Assembly: GCF_039596335.1 (NCBI RefSeq)
Contig: NZ_JBCNJZ010000009.1
Span: 59,059-123,058, forward strand
DNA from: Caulobacter sp.
Lineage (GTDB): Bacteria > Pseudomonadota > Alphaproteobacteria > Caulobacterales > Caulobacteraceae
Reading direction: 5' to 3'
DNA: 64,000 bases
This document shows positions 16,460-27,523 of the stretch, piece by piece. The notes beneath the pieces are model-generated. The model saw only the letters and a list, made by a program, of their open reading frames with translations. It was not told where the DNA came from and made no database searches. The translations under genes were made by a program, and so were the position numbers. Each line of letters opens with the position of its first letter. Position 1 is the first letter of the stretch.

Positions 16460-17790
16460 TCGCCGAGCTGCTGGCCGCCGAACGCGCGCGGTTCCTGGAC
16501 GAGCATCCCCGTTCGGTCGCCATGGCCAGGGCCGCGGCGGCCGTGTGGCGGGGCGGCGCGCCGATGCACTGGATGAACGACTGGGCCTCGCCGTTGCCGA
16601 TCTTCGCGGCGCAGGGCGTCGGAGCGCAGGTCACCGATGTCGACGGCAAGCTCTATGACGACTTCTGCCTGGGCGACACGCCGGCGATGTTCGGGCACGG
16701 CGACGCCTCGGTGGCGGCCGCCGTCGCCGACCAGGCCAGGCGCGGGGCGGGGTTCATGCTGCCGACCGCCTCGGCGGTGATCGTCGGCAAGCTGCTGGCC
16801 GAGCGGTTCGGCTTGCCGCTGTGGCAGGCGGCGACCACGGCCAGCGACGCCAACCGCGCGGCGATCCGCTGGGCGCGGGCAGTCACGCAGCGGCCGGTGA
16901 TCCTGGTGTTCGACGGCTGCTACCACGGCATGGTCGAGGACGCGTTCGTGGTGCTGGACGCCGGCGTCGCAACGATGAAGCCGGGCCTGCTGGGCCAGGT
17001 CCACGACCTGACGGCCACCACCCGCGTCGTGCCGTTCAACGATCTCGACGCTCTGGAAGCGGCCTTGGCCCCCGGCGACGTCGCAGCGGTGCTGGCCGAG
17101 CCGGTGATGACCAACTGCGGGATGATCCTGCCCGAGCGCGGCTTCCACGAAGCTCTGCGGCGACTGACCCGCGCGGTCGGGACCCTGCTGATCCTCGACG
17201 AGACCCACACGATCTCGACCGGCCCCGGCGGCTACACCAAAGCGTATGGCCTGGAGCCCGACGTCTTCGTGCTGGGCAAGGCCGTCGCCGGCGGCGTGCC
17301 GGCTGCGGTGTGGGGCGTCACGGCCGAACTCTCGGCGCGGATGGACGAGGCGCAGGCGCGGATCGGACCCGGCCAGTCGGGGATCGGCACCACCCTGTCG
17401 GGCGCCGCCCTGGCCATGGCCGCCATGCGCGCCATGCTGTCCGACGTGATGACCGACGCCGCCTACGCCAGCATGCTGGCCGGCGCGCAGCGGCTGGTCG
17501 CGGGCCTGGAGGGCGTCATCGCCGCGCGCGTCCTGCCGTGGTCGGTGGTCCAGGTCGGCGCCCGCGTGGAGCTGGTCTTCGCGAGCAATCCACCGAAGAA
17601 CGCCGACGCTATGCGAAAAGTGCTGGACCACGCGGCCGTGGAAGCGCTGCATCTGTGGCTGATCAACCGGGGCGTGCTGATCGCGCCCTTCCACAACATG
17701 ATGCTGGTTTCGCCCGTCACCGACGACGCGGCGATCGACCGGCTGGTCGCGGCCGTCGACGGCTTCGCGGCGGTGATGAGGGACGCATGA
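16456..17790 (+). CDS. Class-III aminotransferase, glutamate-1-semialdehyde aminomutase-like subfamily (substrate unknown)
   Basis: LILDETHTISTGPGGY and VLGKAVAGGVP (PLP Lys). ATG 16456 overlaps the gabD stop (ATGA). Confidence 0.8.
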   Translation: MIAELLAAERARFLDEHPRSVAMARAAAAVWRGGAPMHWMNDWASPLPIFAAQGVGAQVTDVDGKLYDDFCLGDTPAMFGHGDASVAAAVADQARRGAGFMLPTASAVIVGKLLAERFGLPLWQAATTASDANRAAIRWARAVTQRPVILVFDGCYHGMVEDAFVVLDAGVATMKPGLLGQVHDLTATTRVVPFNDLDALEAALAPGDVAAVLAEPVMTNCGMILPERGFHEALRRLTRAVGTLLILDETHTISTGPGGYTKAYGLEPDVFVLGKAVAGGVPAAVWGVTAELSARMDEAQARIGPGQSGIGTTLSGAALAMAAMRAMLSDVMTDAAYASMLAGAQRLVAGLEGVIAARVLPWSVVQVGARVELVFASNPPKNADAMRKVLDHAAVEALHLWLINRGVLIAPFHNMMLVSPVTDDAAIDRLVAAVDGFAAVMRDA

Positions 17791-19166
17791 GCCAAGTGGC
17801 CGATATCCAGGAATGTCGCGATTTCCTGGCCGCCAACCCGCAGGTCAAGTTCGTCGAGGTGTTCTTCACCAGCATGACCGGCGTGCCGCGCGGCAAGCGG
17901 CTGCGGGTCCATGAGCTGGAGGCGATCTACGACTATGGCCGCTTCCTGCCGGGTTCGGTGCTGGTGGTCGACACCAACGGCGCCGACTGCGAGGACACCG
18001 GCCTGGTCTGGGAGGACGGCGACGCCGACCGCCGTGCGCGGCCCGTGCCTGGCACGCTCACATTGGCCCCGTGGCTGGGTCCCGACGTCGCCCAGGTCAT
18101 GCTGTCGATGTACGAGCTGGACGGGACGCCGAACGACCTGGACCCCCGCCACGTCCTCCAACGTGTCCTCGACCGCTTTGCCGCCGACGGCCTGACCCCG
18201 GTCGCGGCCTGCGAGCTGGAATACTACCTCGTCGACCAGCAGCGTGGGCCCGGCGGCCAGTTGATGCCAGCCAAGTCGATGCAGACCGGCCAGCATCCGA
18301 CCGGCATCCAGGTCTACGGCCTGCCCGAACTGGAGGCCCATGCCCCGTTCCTGCGCGAGCTGTGGGACACCGCCGACGTGCTGGGCGTGCCGCTGGAGGG
18401 CGCGATCTCGGAGTTCGCCCCGGGCCAGGTCGAGCTGACCCTGAAGCACAAGCCCGACGCCCTGCGGGCCGCCGACGATGCGGTGCTGTACAAGCGCGCC
18501 GCCAAGGGCGTGGCTTTGCGCCATGGCTGCGAGGCGACCTTCATGGCCAAGCCGTGGAGCGACCGGGCCGGCAACGGCTTCCACGTCCATCTCAGCGTCA
18601 ATGATGCGGACGGAAACAACCTGTGCGCCGCCGAGGACCTCGAGGGCTCCGACCTGCTGAAACAGGCGATCGGCGGCATGAAGGCGCTGCTGGGCGAGGG
18701 CATGGCCATCCTGGCGCCGAACGCCAACAGCTATCGCCGCTTCAAGGCCAACTCCTACGCGCCGGTCGCGCCGACCTGGGGCGTCAACAATCGCACCGTA
18801 TCCTTGCGTGTGCCCGCCGGGCCGCCGCACACCCGCCACGTCGAGCATCGTGTGGCCGGAGCCGATGCCAATCCGTACCTCGTCCTGGCCGTGCTGCTGG
18901 CCAGCGCCCATTATGGCGTCGTCAACAAGCTGGATCCTGGTCCCGCGGTGGTCGGCGACGGCTATGCCGCGGCGGCCAAGGAGAACAGCCGGCTGCCGAC
19001 CCACTGGTTCGCGGCGGTCGATCTGTTCGAGCGCTCGGAAATCCTGCGCGAATACCTGGGCGACCGCTTCGTGGACATGTTCGTGGCAGTGAAGCGTACG
19101 GAACAGGCGCGGTTCTTCGAGGTCGTCACCGAGCTGGATTTCGACTGGTACCTGCGTAACGCCTGA
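17787..19166 (+). CDS. Glutamine-synthetase-family gamma-glutamyl-amine ligase (PuuA/IpuC-like), paralog 1
   Basis: ACELEYYLV, EFAPGQVELTL, NGFHVHLSV, NSYRRF and NRTVSLRVP are GS catalytic-domain motifs. ATG 17787 overlaps the upstream stop. Confidence 0.85.
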   Translation: MSQVADIQECRDFLAANPQVKFVEVFFTSMTGVPRGKRLRVHELEAIYDYGRFLPGSVLVVDTNGADCEDTGLVWEDGDADRRARPVPGTLTLAPWLGPDVAQVMLSMYELDGTPNDLDPRHVLQRVLDRFAADGLTPVAACELEYYLVDQQRGPGGQLMPAKSMQTGQHPTGIQVYGLPELEAHAPFLRELWDTADVLGVPLEGAISEFAPGQVELTLKHKPDALRAADDAVLYKRAAKGVALRHGCEATFMAKPWSDRAGNGFHVHLSVNDADGNNLCAAEDLEGSDLLKQAIGGMKALLGEGMAILAPNANSYRRFKANSYAPVAPTWGVNNRTVSLRVPAGPPHTRHVEHRVAGADANPYLVLAVLLASAHYGVVNKLDPGPAVVGDGYAAAAKENSRLPTHWFAAVDLFERSEILREYLGDRFVDMFVAVKRTEQARFFEVVTELDFDWYLRNA

Positions 19167-19199
19167 CGACACCTATAGCGAAACAAAGGGGAGTTTCGG

Positions 19200-20285
19200 A
19201 TGAGCGGATATCGTGGCGCCTCGCGGCGCTCGCTTCTCACGGCTTTCGGCGCGGCCGCGATCGGCCTGTCGTTCACGGCTTGCGGTCAGAAGCCCAAGAC
19301 CGCGGCCGGCGGCGAAGAAGCCAAGCTGAATTTCTACAACTGGGACACCTATATCGGCGAGACGACGCTGGGCGACTTCAAGAAGGCCTCGGGCGTCGAC
19401 GTGAACATGAGCCTGTTCGCGACCAACGACGAGCTGTTCGCCAAGCTGAAGGCCGGCAATCCTGGCTTCGACGTCATCGTGCCGTCCAACGAGTTCGTCA
19501 CCCGCATGGGTCAGGCCGGCCTGCTTGAGCCGCTGGATCACGCCAAGATTCCGAACCTGAAGAACGTCGACCCCAGCTTCATGAACCCGGACTACGACCC
19601 GGGGCGGAAGTTCTCGATGCCCTACACCTGGCTGGCGCTGGGCATCGGCTATCGCAAGAGCAAGGTCAACGGCGTCCCCGACAGCTGGAAATGGCTGCTG
19701 GACAGCGATCAGTACAAGGGGCGCATCGCCCTGCTCTCGGAAAGCGCCGACCTGGTGCGGCTGTCGGCCAAGTATCTGGGCCACAGCGTCAACGACATCC
19801 CCGCCGACATGATCCCGCGTATCGAGCAGATGTTGATCAAGCAGAAGCCGAACGTGAAGGCCTTCCACGACGACAACGGCCAGGACTTGCTGCTGTCGGG
19901 CGAGGTCGACCTGGTGCTGGAGTACAACGGCGACATCGCCCAGGCGATGAAGGAGGATCCCGACCTCGACTTCGTGATCCCCAAGGAGGGCAGCTTGCTG
20001 AACTCCGACACCCTGTGCATCCCGAAGGGGGCGCCGCGTCCCAACAACGCCCACGCCTTCATCAACTATCTGCTTGACGCGCAGGCCGGGGCCGAGATCA
20101 GCAAGACGATCCTCTACCCGACCCCGAATGCGGCGGCCAAGGCGCTGATGCCGGACGACTACAAGAACAACAAGGTGATCTTCCCACCCGCCGAGATCAT
20201 GGCCAAGTGCGAGTACGGCGCGTTCGAAGGCGCCGAGAAGGCGAGCTCGTACGAGGAAGTCATCACCCGGGTTCGGGCGGCTTAG
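19200..20285 (+). CDS. Spermidine/putrescine ABC transporter substrate-binding lipoprotein (PotD/PotF family)
   Basis: Tat/lipobox-like N-terminus RRSLLTAFGAAAIGLSFTAC. Also LNFYNWDTYIGE, FDVIVPSNEF and PYTWLALGIGYRK. Confidence 0.9.
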   Translation: MSGYRGASRRSLLTAFGAAAIGLSFTACGQKPKTAAGGEEAKLNFYNWDTYIGETTLGDFKKASGVDVNMSLFATNDELFAKLKAGNPGFDVIVPSNEFVTRMGQAGLLEPLDHAKIPNLKNVDPSFMNPDYDPGRKFSMPYTWLALGIGYRKSKVNGVPDSWKWLLDSDQYKGRIALLSESADLVRLSAKYLGHSVNDIPADMIPRIEQMLIKQKPNVKAFHDDNGQDLLLSGEVDLVLEYNGDIAQAMKEDPDLDFVIPKEGSLLNSDTLCIPKGAPRPNNAHAFINYLLDAQAGAEISKTILYPTPNAAAKALMPDDYKNNKVIFPPAEIMAKCEYGAFEGAEKASSYEEVITRVRAA

Positions 20286-20308
20286 GGGGCGGACTTCAGG
20301 GGGCGGAC

Positions 20309-21199
20309 ATGGAGCAATCCTGGAAGCAGGCCAAGGCCGTGTTCGCCGCGGCGCTGGGGCCGCCGCTGGTGTGGCTGGCGCTGTTCTTCCTGGCGCCGCT
20401 GGCGATCGTCTGGGCCTACAGCTTCGGCCACAATGCGGGCCTGACTGAGATCGCCATCAGCGGCACGTTCGGCAACTACGCCCGGGCGATCGAGCCGCTG
20501 TATCTGAAGATCTTCCTGAAGTCGGCCTGGGTGGCGGCCCTGACCACGGGCCTCTGCCTGGTGATCGGCTTCCCCGTCGCCCTGGCCATCACCTTCGCGT
20601 CGGACAAGGCCAAGACCTGGCTATTGCTGCTGGTCATGCTGCCGTTCTGGACGAACCTCTTGATCCGCACCTACGCCCTGATCGCCGTGCTGCGCACCGA
20701 GGGCTACGTCAACCAGGGCCTGGAGTGGTTGTGGACCCTGGCCAGCGTCGTCGCGCCGCTCGGTGACTTCCAGCCGCTGCAACTGCTGCACAACAATTTC
20801 GCGGTGATCCTGGGCCTCGTCTATGTGCACCTGCCGTTCATGGTGCTGCCGCTCTATTCGGCCCTCGACCGACTGGACAAGTCGCTGCTGGAGGCCAGCC
20901 TGGACCTGGGCGCGGGGCATCTGCGGACCCTGTTCAAGGTGGTCGTGCCGCTGGCCTTGCCGGGCATCGCCTCGGGCGTCTTGATCACCTTCATTCCGGC
21001 GCTGGGGGCCTATCTGACGCCCGATCTGCTGGGCGGTCCCGACAGCCAGATGATCGCCAATGTCATCGAGCGCCAGTTCAAGCGCGCCAATGACTGGCCG
21101 TTCGGCGCGGCCATGTCCTTCGTGCTGATGTACCTGACCTTCATCGCCATCGCGATCCAGGCGCTGTTGGCCAAGCGCACGCCGGAGGCCAAGGGATGA
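20309..21199 (+). CDS. Polyamine ABC transporter permease (PotB/PotH-like)
   Basis: Six TM segments and the EAA loop LLEASLDLGAGHLRTLFKVVVPLALPG. I chose ATG 20309. Confidence 0.9.
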   Translation: MEQSWKQAKAVFAAALGPPLVWLALFFLAPLAIVWAYSFGHNAGLTEIAISGTFGNYARAIEPLYLKIFLKSAWVAALTTGLCLVIGFPVALAITFASDKAKTWLLLLVMLPFWTNLLIRTYALIAVLRTEGYVNQGLEWLWTLASVVAPLGDFQPLQLLHNNFAVILGLVYVHLPFMVLPLYSALDRLDKSLLEASLDLGAGHLRTLFKVVVPLALPGIASGVLITFIPALGAYLTPDLLGGPDSQMIANVIERQFKRANDWPFGAAMSFVLMYLTFIAIAIQALLAKRTPEAKG

Positions 21200-21215
21200 T
21201 GGCCCTAAATCCGAT

Positions 21216-21314
21216 CTTCCCGGCGAAAGCGGGGACCCAGGTTCAGCCTGAGCTTTCATCCAGCTTGGCGCTTCCCAGCCTTATGATCTGGGCCCCGGCC
21301 TTCGCCGGGGAAAC
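21216..21314. repeat. Hairpin-armed inverted-repeat element (REP/BIME- or MITE-like, family D) between the two permease genes
   Basis: The left arm is cTTCCCGGCGAAAGCGGGGACCCA. The right arm TGGGCCCCGGCCTTCGCCGGGGAAac is its near reverse complement. Each arm is itself a GC hairpin. Related elements lie at 47811-47876 and 50794-50908. Confidence 0.8.
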
Positions 21315-21331
21315 GGGTGGGGGAATGGCCG

Positions 21332-22185
21332 ATGCCTAAGCGTTCTCCCCCTGGCCCCCTCGAATACCTCCGCCGCTGGCAGATGCAGGCCTGGCTGGCC
21401 GCAGTGGCGATCTTTCTCTATGCGCCGCTGATCGCGCTGATGGCGTTCAGCTTCAACGACAGCCGGCGCAACATCGTCTGGAAGGGCTTCACGCTCAAAT
21501 ACTACGAGAAGCTGTTCAACAATGGCGCGCTCTTGGAAGCCTTCGCCAACAGCCTGACCATCGCGGCGGTGTCGACCGTGATCAGCCTCTTCCTGGGCGC
21601 GGCCGCGGCGCTGGTGCTGTGGCGTTTCCGTTTCCCCGGCAAGACGGCCCTGGACGGCGCCCTGGCCCTGCCAATCGTCGTGCCCGAGATCTGCATGGGC
21701 GTGGCCATGCTGGTGTTCTTCGCCCGGGTCATGCCGTGGCCGCAGGGCTTGCCGTGGCCGCTGAACCTGGGGGCCATCACCATCGCCCACGTGTCGTTCT
21801 CGTTCCCGTTCGTGGCGATGGTGGTGCGCGCGCGCATGGCCAGCTTCAACCGCGAGATGGAGGAGGCCGCCCGTGACCTGGGCGCGGGTGAGTTCCGCAC
21901 CATCAAGGACGTGATCCTGCCGCACATGGCGCCCTCGCTGGTGGCCGGGGCCCTGCTGGCCTTCACGCTCAGCCTGGACGACTTTGTCATCACCTTCTTC
22001 ACCGCCGGTCCCGACACCGTGACCTTCCCGGTGAAGGTCTATTCGATGGTTCGCTTCTCGGTGACGCCGGAGGTCAATGCGGCCTCGACGGTGCTGATCG
22101 TGCTGACCGTGCTGCTGACCGCGGCGGCGCTGAAGCTGCAGGGGGACCCGGCGGCGACTGCTGGCCACGGGGCGGGGGACGCGAA

Positions 22186-22189
<4 letters not shown>
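21332..22189 (+). CDS. Polyamine ABC transporter permease (PotC/PotI-like)
   Basis: EAA loop MEEAARDLGAGEFRTIKDVILPHMAPS and six TM segments. Start is ATG 21332, or alternatively GTG 21317. Confidence 0.9.
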
Positions 22190-23304
<1,115 letters not shown>

Positions 23305-23309
23305 GGTTG

Positions 23310-23428
23310 CACAGGCCCCCTCCGCGCCTTCGGCGCTCCTCCCCCGGGAGGGGGAAGACGAAATACCCGTCTGCCCCCTTTGGGGGCGGACGACCGCGAA
23401 GCGGTCAGGTGGGGGCGAGTGATCGAGG
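23310..23428 (+). repeat. Structured intergenic repeat, family A, copy 2
   Basis: Aligns base for base over most of its length with 6277-6395 and 30147-30262. It lies between the potA-like stop and the next aminotransferase start. Confidence 0.85.
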
Positions 23429-23450
23429 AAACGCAGGAGTTGGAGTTGAA

Positions 23451-24854
23451 ATGACCGTCCCGATCCGTAACCACGACATCGCCGAGCTCAAGCGTCTGGA
23501 TCTGGCCCACCACCTGCCGGCCCAGGCCGATCACAAGGTCATCGCGCAGCTGGGCGGCAGCCGGATCGTCACCCGCGCCGACGGCGTCTACATCCATGAT
23601 GGCGAAGGTCACCAGATCCTGGACGGCATGGCCGGCCTGTGGTGCGTCAATGTCGGCTATGGCCGCAAGGAGCTGGCCGATGCCGCCTACGAGCAGATGC
23701 TGGAGCTGCCCTACTACAACACCTTCTTCAAGACCGCGACGCCGCCCACCGTGACCCTGGCGGCCAAGATCGCGCAGAAGATGGGCGACCACCTGACCCA
23801 CGTGTTCTTCAACTCGTCGGGCTCGGAGGCCAACGACACGGTCTTCCGCCTGGTCCGCCACTATTGGAAGCTCAAGGAACAGCCGCAGCGGACGGTCTTC
23901 ATCAGCCGCTGGAACGCCTATCACGGCTCGACCGTGGCCGGGGTGTCGCTGGGCGGGATGAAGCCGATGCATGTGCAGGGCGACCTGCCGATCGCCGGCG
24001 TCGAGCATGTGATGCAGCCCTATCTGTTCGGCGACGGCTTCGGCGAGGACCCCGCCGCCTTCCGCGACCGGGCGGTGAAGGAAATCGAGGACAAGATCCT
24101 TGAGGTCGGCCCCGAGAACGTCGCGGCCTTCATCGGCGAGCCGGTGCAGGGCGCGGGCGGGGTGATCATCCCGCCGGACGGCTACTGGCCGGCGGTGGAA
24201 GCGCTCTGTCGCAAGTACGGCATCCTGCTGGTCTGCGACGAGGTGATCTGCGGCTTCGGGCGATTGGGCCAGTGGTTCGGCCATCAGCACTACGGCATCA
24301 AGCCGGACCTGATCGCCATGGCCAAGGGCCTGTCGTCCGGCTACCTGCCGATCAGCGCCGTGGGCGTGGCCGACCACATCGTCGCCGAACTGCGCGAGAA
24401 GGGCGGCGACTTCATCCACGGCTTCACCTATTCGGGCCATCCGACCTGCGCCGCCGTGGCGCTGAAGAATATCGAGATCCTGGAACGCGAGACCCTGGTC
24501 GAGCGCACCCGTGACGACACCGGCCCCTATCTCGCCAAGGCCCTGGCCAGCCTGAACGATCACCCGCTGGTCGGCGAGACCCGGTCGCTGGGCCTGATCG
24601 GCGCCGTCGAGATCGTCCGCGAGAAGGGTACGAACCATCGCTTCCTCGACAAGGAGGGCGAGGCCGGTCCCATCGTCCGTGATCTGTGCATCGCCAACGG
24701 CCTGATGGTCCGCGCCATCCGCGACAGCATCGTCTGCTGCCCGCCGCTGATCATCACCCACGCGCAGATCGACAAGCTGGTGGCGATCATCCGGCAGTCC
24801 CTCGACGAGGCCGAGCCGGTGCTGCGGGCCTTGAAGCCGGAGGCCGCCGCATGA
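23451..24854 (+). CDS. Putrescine--pyruvate-type class-III aminotransferase (SpuC-like)
   Basis: GLWCVNVGYGRKEL, FFNSSGSEANDT, VCDEVICGFGRLG and AMAKGLSSGYLP. I chose ATG 23451; the track ORF starts inside the repeat. Confidence 0.88.
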   Translation: MTVPIRNHDIAELKRLDLAHHLPAQADHKVIAQLGGSRIVTRADGVYIHDGEGHQILDGMAGLWCVNVGYGRKELADAAYEQMLELPYYNTFFKTATPPTVTLAAKIAQKMGDHLTHVFFNSSGSEANDTVFRLVRHYWKLKEQPQRTVFISRWNAYHGSTVAGVSLGGMKPMHVQGDLPIAGVEHVMQPYLFGDGFGEDPAAFRDRAVKEIEDKILEVGPENVAAFIGEPVQGAGGVIIPPDGYWPAVEALCRKYGILLVCDEVICGFGRLGQWFGHQHYGIKPDLIAMAKGLSSGYLPISAVGVADHIVAELREKGGDFIHGFTYSGHPTCAAVALKNIEILERETLVERTRDDTGPYLAKALASLNDHPLVGETRSLGLIGAVEIVREKGTNHRFLDKEGEAGPIVRDLCIANGLMVRAIRDSIVCCPPLIITHAQIDKLVAIIRQSLDEAEPVLRALKPEAAA

Positions 24855-26248
24855 AGCCCAAGCACAGCAAGGCTAAGCGCGAGAACAGTCTGGATCGGGG
24901 CGTCTCGACGCTGGAGGAGGCGCAGGCCTGGTTCTCGCGTCAGAACATCGAGGAGATCGAGTGCGTGGTGCCCGATCTGGCGGGCGTGGCGCGCGGCAAG
25001 ATCATGCCGGTGCGCAAGTTCCTGGGCACTCCGTCGATGAACCTGCCGCTGGCGGTGTTCTACCAGACCATCGCCGGTGAGTTCCCCGCTTTCGAAGGCT
25101 CGGTGACCGCCGTGCAGGCCGACACCGACATCTTCCTGACCCCGGACTTCGCGACCCTGGCGGCCGTGCCGTGGGCCCAGGACCCGACGGCCCAGGTTAT
25201 CCACGACGCCTTCCACCCCGACGGCCGCCCGGTCGAGGAGGCCCCGCGCCAGGTGCTGCGACGGGTGCTGGCGCTCTATGCCGAGAAGGGCTGGAACCCG
25301 ATCGTGGCGCCGGAGATCGAATTCTATCTGGTCGAGCGCAACACCGATCCGGACTATCCGCTGAAACCCCCGGTAGGGCGTTCGGGACGTCCCGAGACCG
25401 GCCGCCAGGGCTATTCGATCAGCGCGGTCAACGAGTTCGACGCCCTGTTCGAGGACATGTACGAATATTCCGAGCGTCAGGGCCTGGAGATCGACACCCT
25501 GATCCACGAGAGCGGCGTGGCGCAGATGGAGATCAATCTGCGCCACGGCCATCCGCTGGAGTTGGCCGACCAGGTGTTCATGATGAAGCGCACGATCCGC
25601 GAGGCGGCGCTGGAGCACGAGATCTACGCCACCTTCATGGCCAAGCCGATGGCCTCAGAGCCGGGCAGCGCCATGCACATCCACCAGTCGATCGTCGACC
25701 GGAAGGGGCGCAACCTGTTCTCGGACGAGGACGGCAATGAGACTGAGCTGTTCCACGGTTTCATCGGCGGCCAGCAAAAGTACCTGCCGGCGATCATGGC
25801 GATCCTGGCGCCGTACGTGAACTCCTATCGCCGGATCGCCCGGGACAGCGGCGCGCCGGTCAACACCCAGTGGGGCTACGACAATCGCACTTGCGGCCTG
25901 CGGGTGCCGCCGTCGGATCCGGCCAACCGCCGGTTGGAAAACCGCATCCCCTCGTCGGACGCCAACCCCTATCTGGCGATCGCGGCGGTGCTGGCTAGCG
26001 GCTATCTGGGCATGGTCGAGAACCTCAAGCCCAGCGCGCCGGTCGCCACCGACGCTGGGGCCGAGGGCGTGCAGCTACCGCGAAGCCTGTCGGAATCCCT
26101 GCGCCTGTTCGAGGCCTGCCAGCCGCTGGTCGAGATCCTGGGGCCGATCTTCTGCCAGGCCTATGACCGGGTGAAGCAGGCCGAGTACGAGACCTTCATG
26201 CGCACCATCAGCCCGTGGGAGCGGGAGTTCCTGTTGCTGAATGTCTAG
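24851..26248 (+). CDS. Glutamine-synthetase-family gamma-glutamylputrescine synthetase-like ligase (PuuA-like), paralog 2
   Basis: APEIEFYLVE, HESGVAQMEINL, GSAMHIHQS, NSYRRI and NRTCGLRVP. ATG 24851 overlaps the upstream stop. Confidence 0.88.
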   Translation: MKPKHSKAKRENSLDRGVSTLEEAQAWFSRQNIEEIECVVPDLAGVARGKIMPVRKFLGTPSMNLPLAVFYQTIAGEFPAFEGSVTAVQADTDIFLTPDFATLAAVPWAQDPTAQVIHDAFHPDGRPVEEAPRQVLRRVLALYAEKGWNPIVAPEIEFYLVERNTDPDYPLKPPVGRSGRPETGRQGYSISAVNEFDALFEDMYEYSERQGLEIDTLIHESGVAQMEINLRHGHPLELADQVFMMKRTIREAALEHEIYATFMAKPMASEPGSAMHIHQSIVDRKGRNLFSDEDGNETELFHGFIGGQQKYLPAIMAILAPYVNSYRRIARDSGAPVNTQWGYDNRTCGLRVPPSDPANRRLENRIPSSDANPYLAIAAVLASGYLGMVENLKPSAPVATDAGAEGVQLPRSLSESLRLFEACQPLVEILGPIFCQAYDRVKQAEYETFMRTISPWEREFLLLNV

Positions 26249-27497
26249 CCTCTACGGCGAGGGGAACTGGTACGCCGAGGCGGCGACCCACACCCCCGAC
26301 CATCCGCCGCTGGCGGGCGACGTCTCGGTCGATGTCTGCGTCGTGGGGGCGGGTTTCACAGGCCTGGGCGCGGCCATGGCGCTGGCGGGGCAAGCGAGCA
26401 TCGTGGTGCTGGAGGCCGGCCGGGTCGGCTGTGCGGCCAGCGGGCGCAATGGCGGCCAGGTCCATACCGGCCAGCGGCGCGACCAGGCGTGGCTGGAAAA
26501 AGCCGTCGGCCGTGACGAGGCCCTGGCTCTGTGGCGGCTGGCCGAGGACGCCCGAGCCCACTTCCGCACCCTGACCGACTCGATCGACTGCGACTGGCGG
26601 CCGGGCATGATCCACGCGCGTCACAAGCCTGGCGGCGAAGCCGAGGACGCGACCCACATCGCCCTGATGGCCGAGCGCTACGGCTACGACCAGCTGGACC
26701 TGATTGACGAGAGGGACCTTGCCGTCGAGCTGGGGACCGACGTCTATTACGGCGGCACGATCGACCGGGGCGGCGGCCACGTGCATCCGCTGAAGCTGGC
26801 CTTGGGCATGGCGCGCGGACTGACGATCCACGAACAAACCCGCGCCGAAAGCTGGCGGCGTGAGGGCGGCAAGATCGTCGTCGAGACGGCGCGAGGCCGC
26901 GTGACCTGCGATCAGCTGATCCTCTCCGGCGATGGCGGGCTGAACGCCATGGCCGGCCCGGCGCAGGCCCGGGTCATGCCGATCAACAACTTCATCGCCG
27001 TCACTGCGCCGCTGGGCGATCTGGCCGGCGAGATCATCCGTTCGAACGCGGCGGTGTCGGACAGCCGCTTCGTCGTGAACTACTTCCGCAAAACGTCCGA
27101 CGGCCGGCTGCTGTTCGGGGGCGGCGAGAACTATCGGCCCGGCTTCCCAAACCACATCGCCGGCATGGTCCGCAAGAACCTCGCCAAGGTCTATCCGCGC
27201 CTGGCCGACGCGCCGATCACCCATGCCTGGGGCGGGACGCTCGGTATCACCATGAGCCGGATGCCCTTCGTCGGCGAGGTCGCGCCGGGCGTGCGGGTCG
27301 CTTCGGGCTATTCCGGCCAGGGCGTGATGCTGGCCCCCTATGTCGGCAAGCTGCTGGCGCAGGCCGCCCTTGGCGACACCGCTGGCGTCGATCTCTTATC
27401 GCGCGTTCCGACCCCGCCATTCCCCGGCGGCCGGCTGCTGCGCTGGCCGCTGACGGTCGCGGGCTTGACCTGGTACGCGCTGAGGGATCGTCTCTAG
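26241..27497 (+). CDS. FAD-dependent oxidoreductase (gamma-glutamylputrescine oxidase PuuB-like, DAO family)
   Basis: VCVVGAGFTGLGAAMALA (GxGxxG) and RNGGQV, 418 aa. It overlaps the upstream gene by 8 nt. Confidence 0.85.
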   Translation: MSSLYGEGNWYAEAATHTPDHPPLAGDVSVDVCVVGAGFTGLGAAMALAGQASIVVLEAGRVGCAASGRNGGQVHTGQRRDQAWLEKAVGRDEALALWRLAEDARAHFRTLTDSIDCDWRPGMIHARHKPGGEAEDATHIALMAERYGYDQLDLIDERDLAVELGTDVYYGGTIDRGGGHVHPLKLALGMARGLTIHEQTRAESWRREGGKIVVETARGRVTCDQLILSGDGGLNAMAGPAQARVMPINNFIAVTAPLGDLAGEIIRSNAAVSDSRFVVNYFRKTSDGRLLFGGGENYRPGFPNHIAGMVRKNLAKVYPRLADAPITHAWGGTLGITMSRMPFVGEVAPGVRVASGYSGQGVMLAPYVGKLLAQAALGDTAGVDLLSRVPTPPFPGGRLLRWPLTVAGLTWYALRDRL

Positions 27498-27523
27498 TCC
27501 CAGGGCAGGGGAGGCCCTTCGAC

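Noticed and set aside
16821-19166. A 781-aa ORF fusing an N-terminal extension to GS-like ligase 1.
   Set aside because: The first ~320 aa are an out-of-frame overlap of the aminotransferase gene (R/G/P/D-rich). ATG 17787 overlaps the upstream stop and gives a normal-length GS-family protein.
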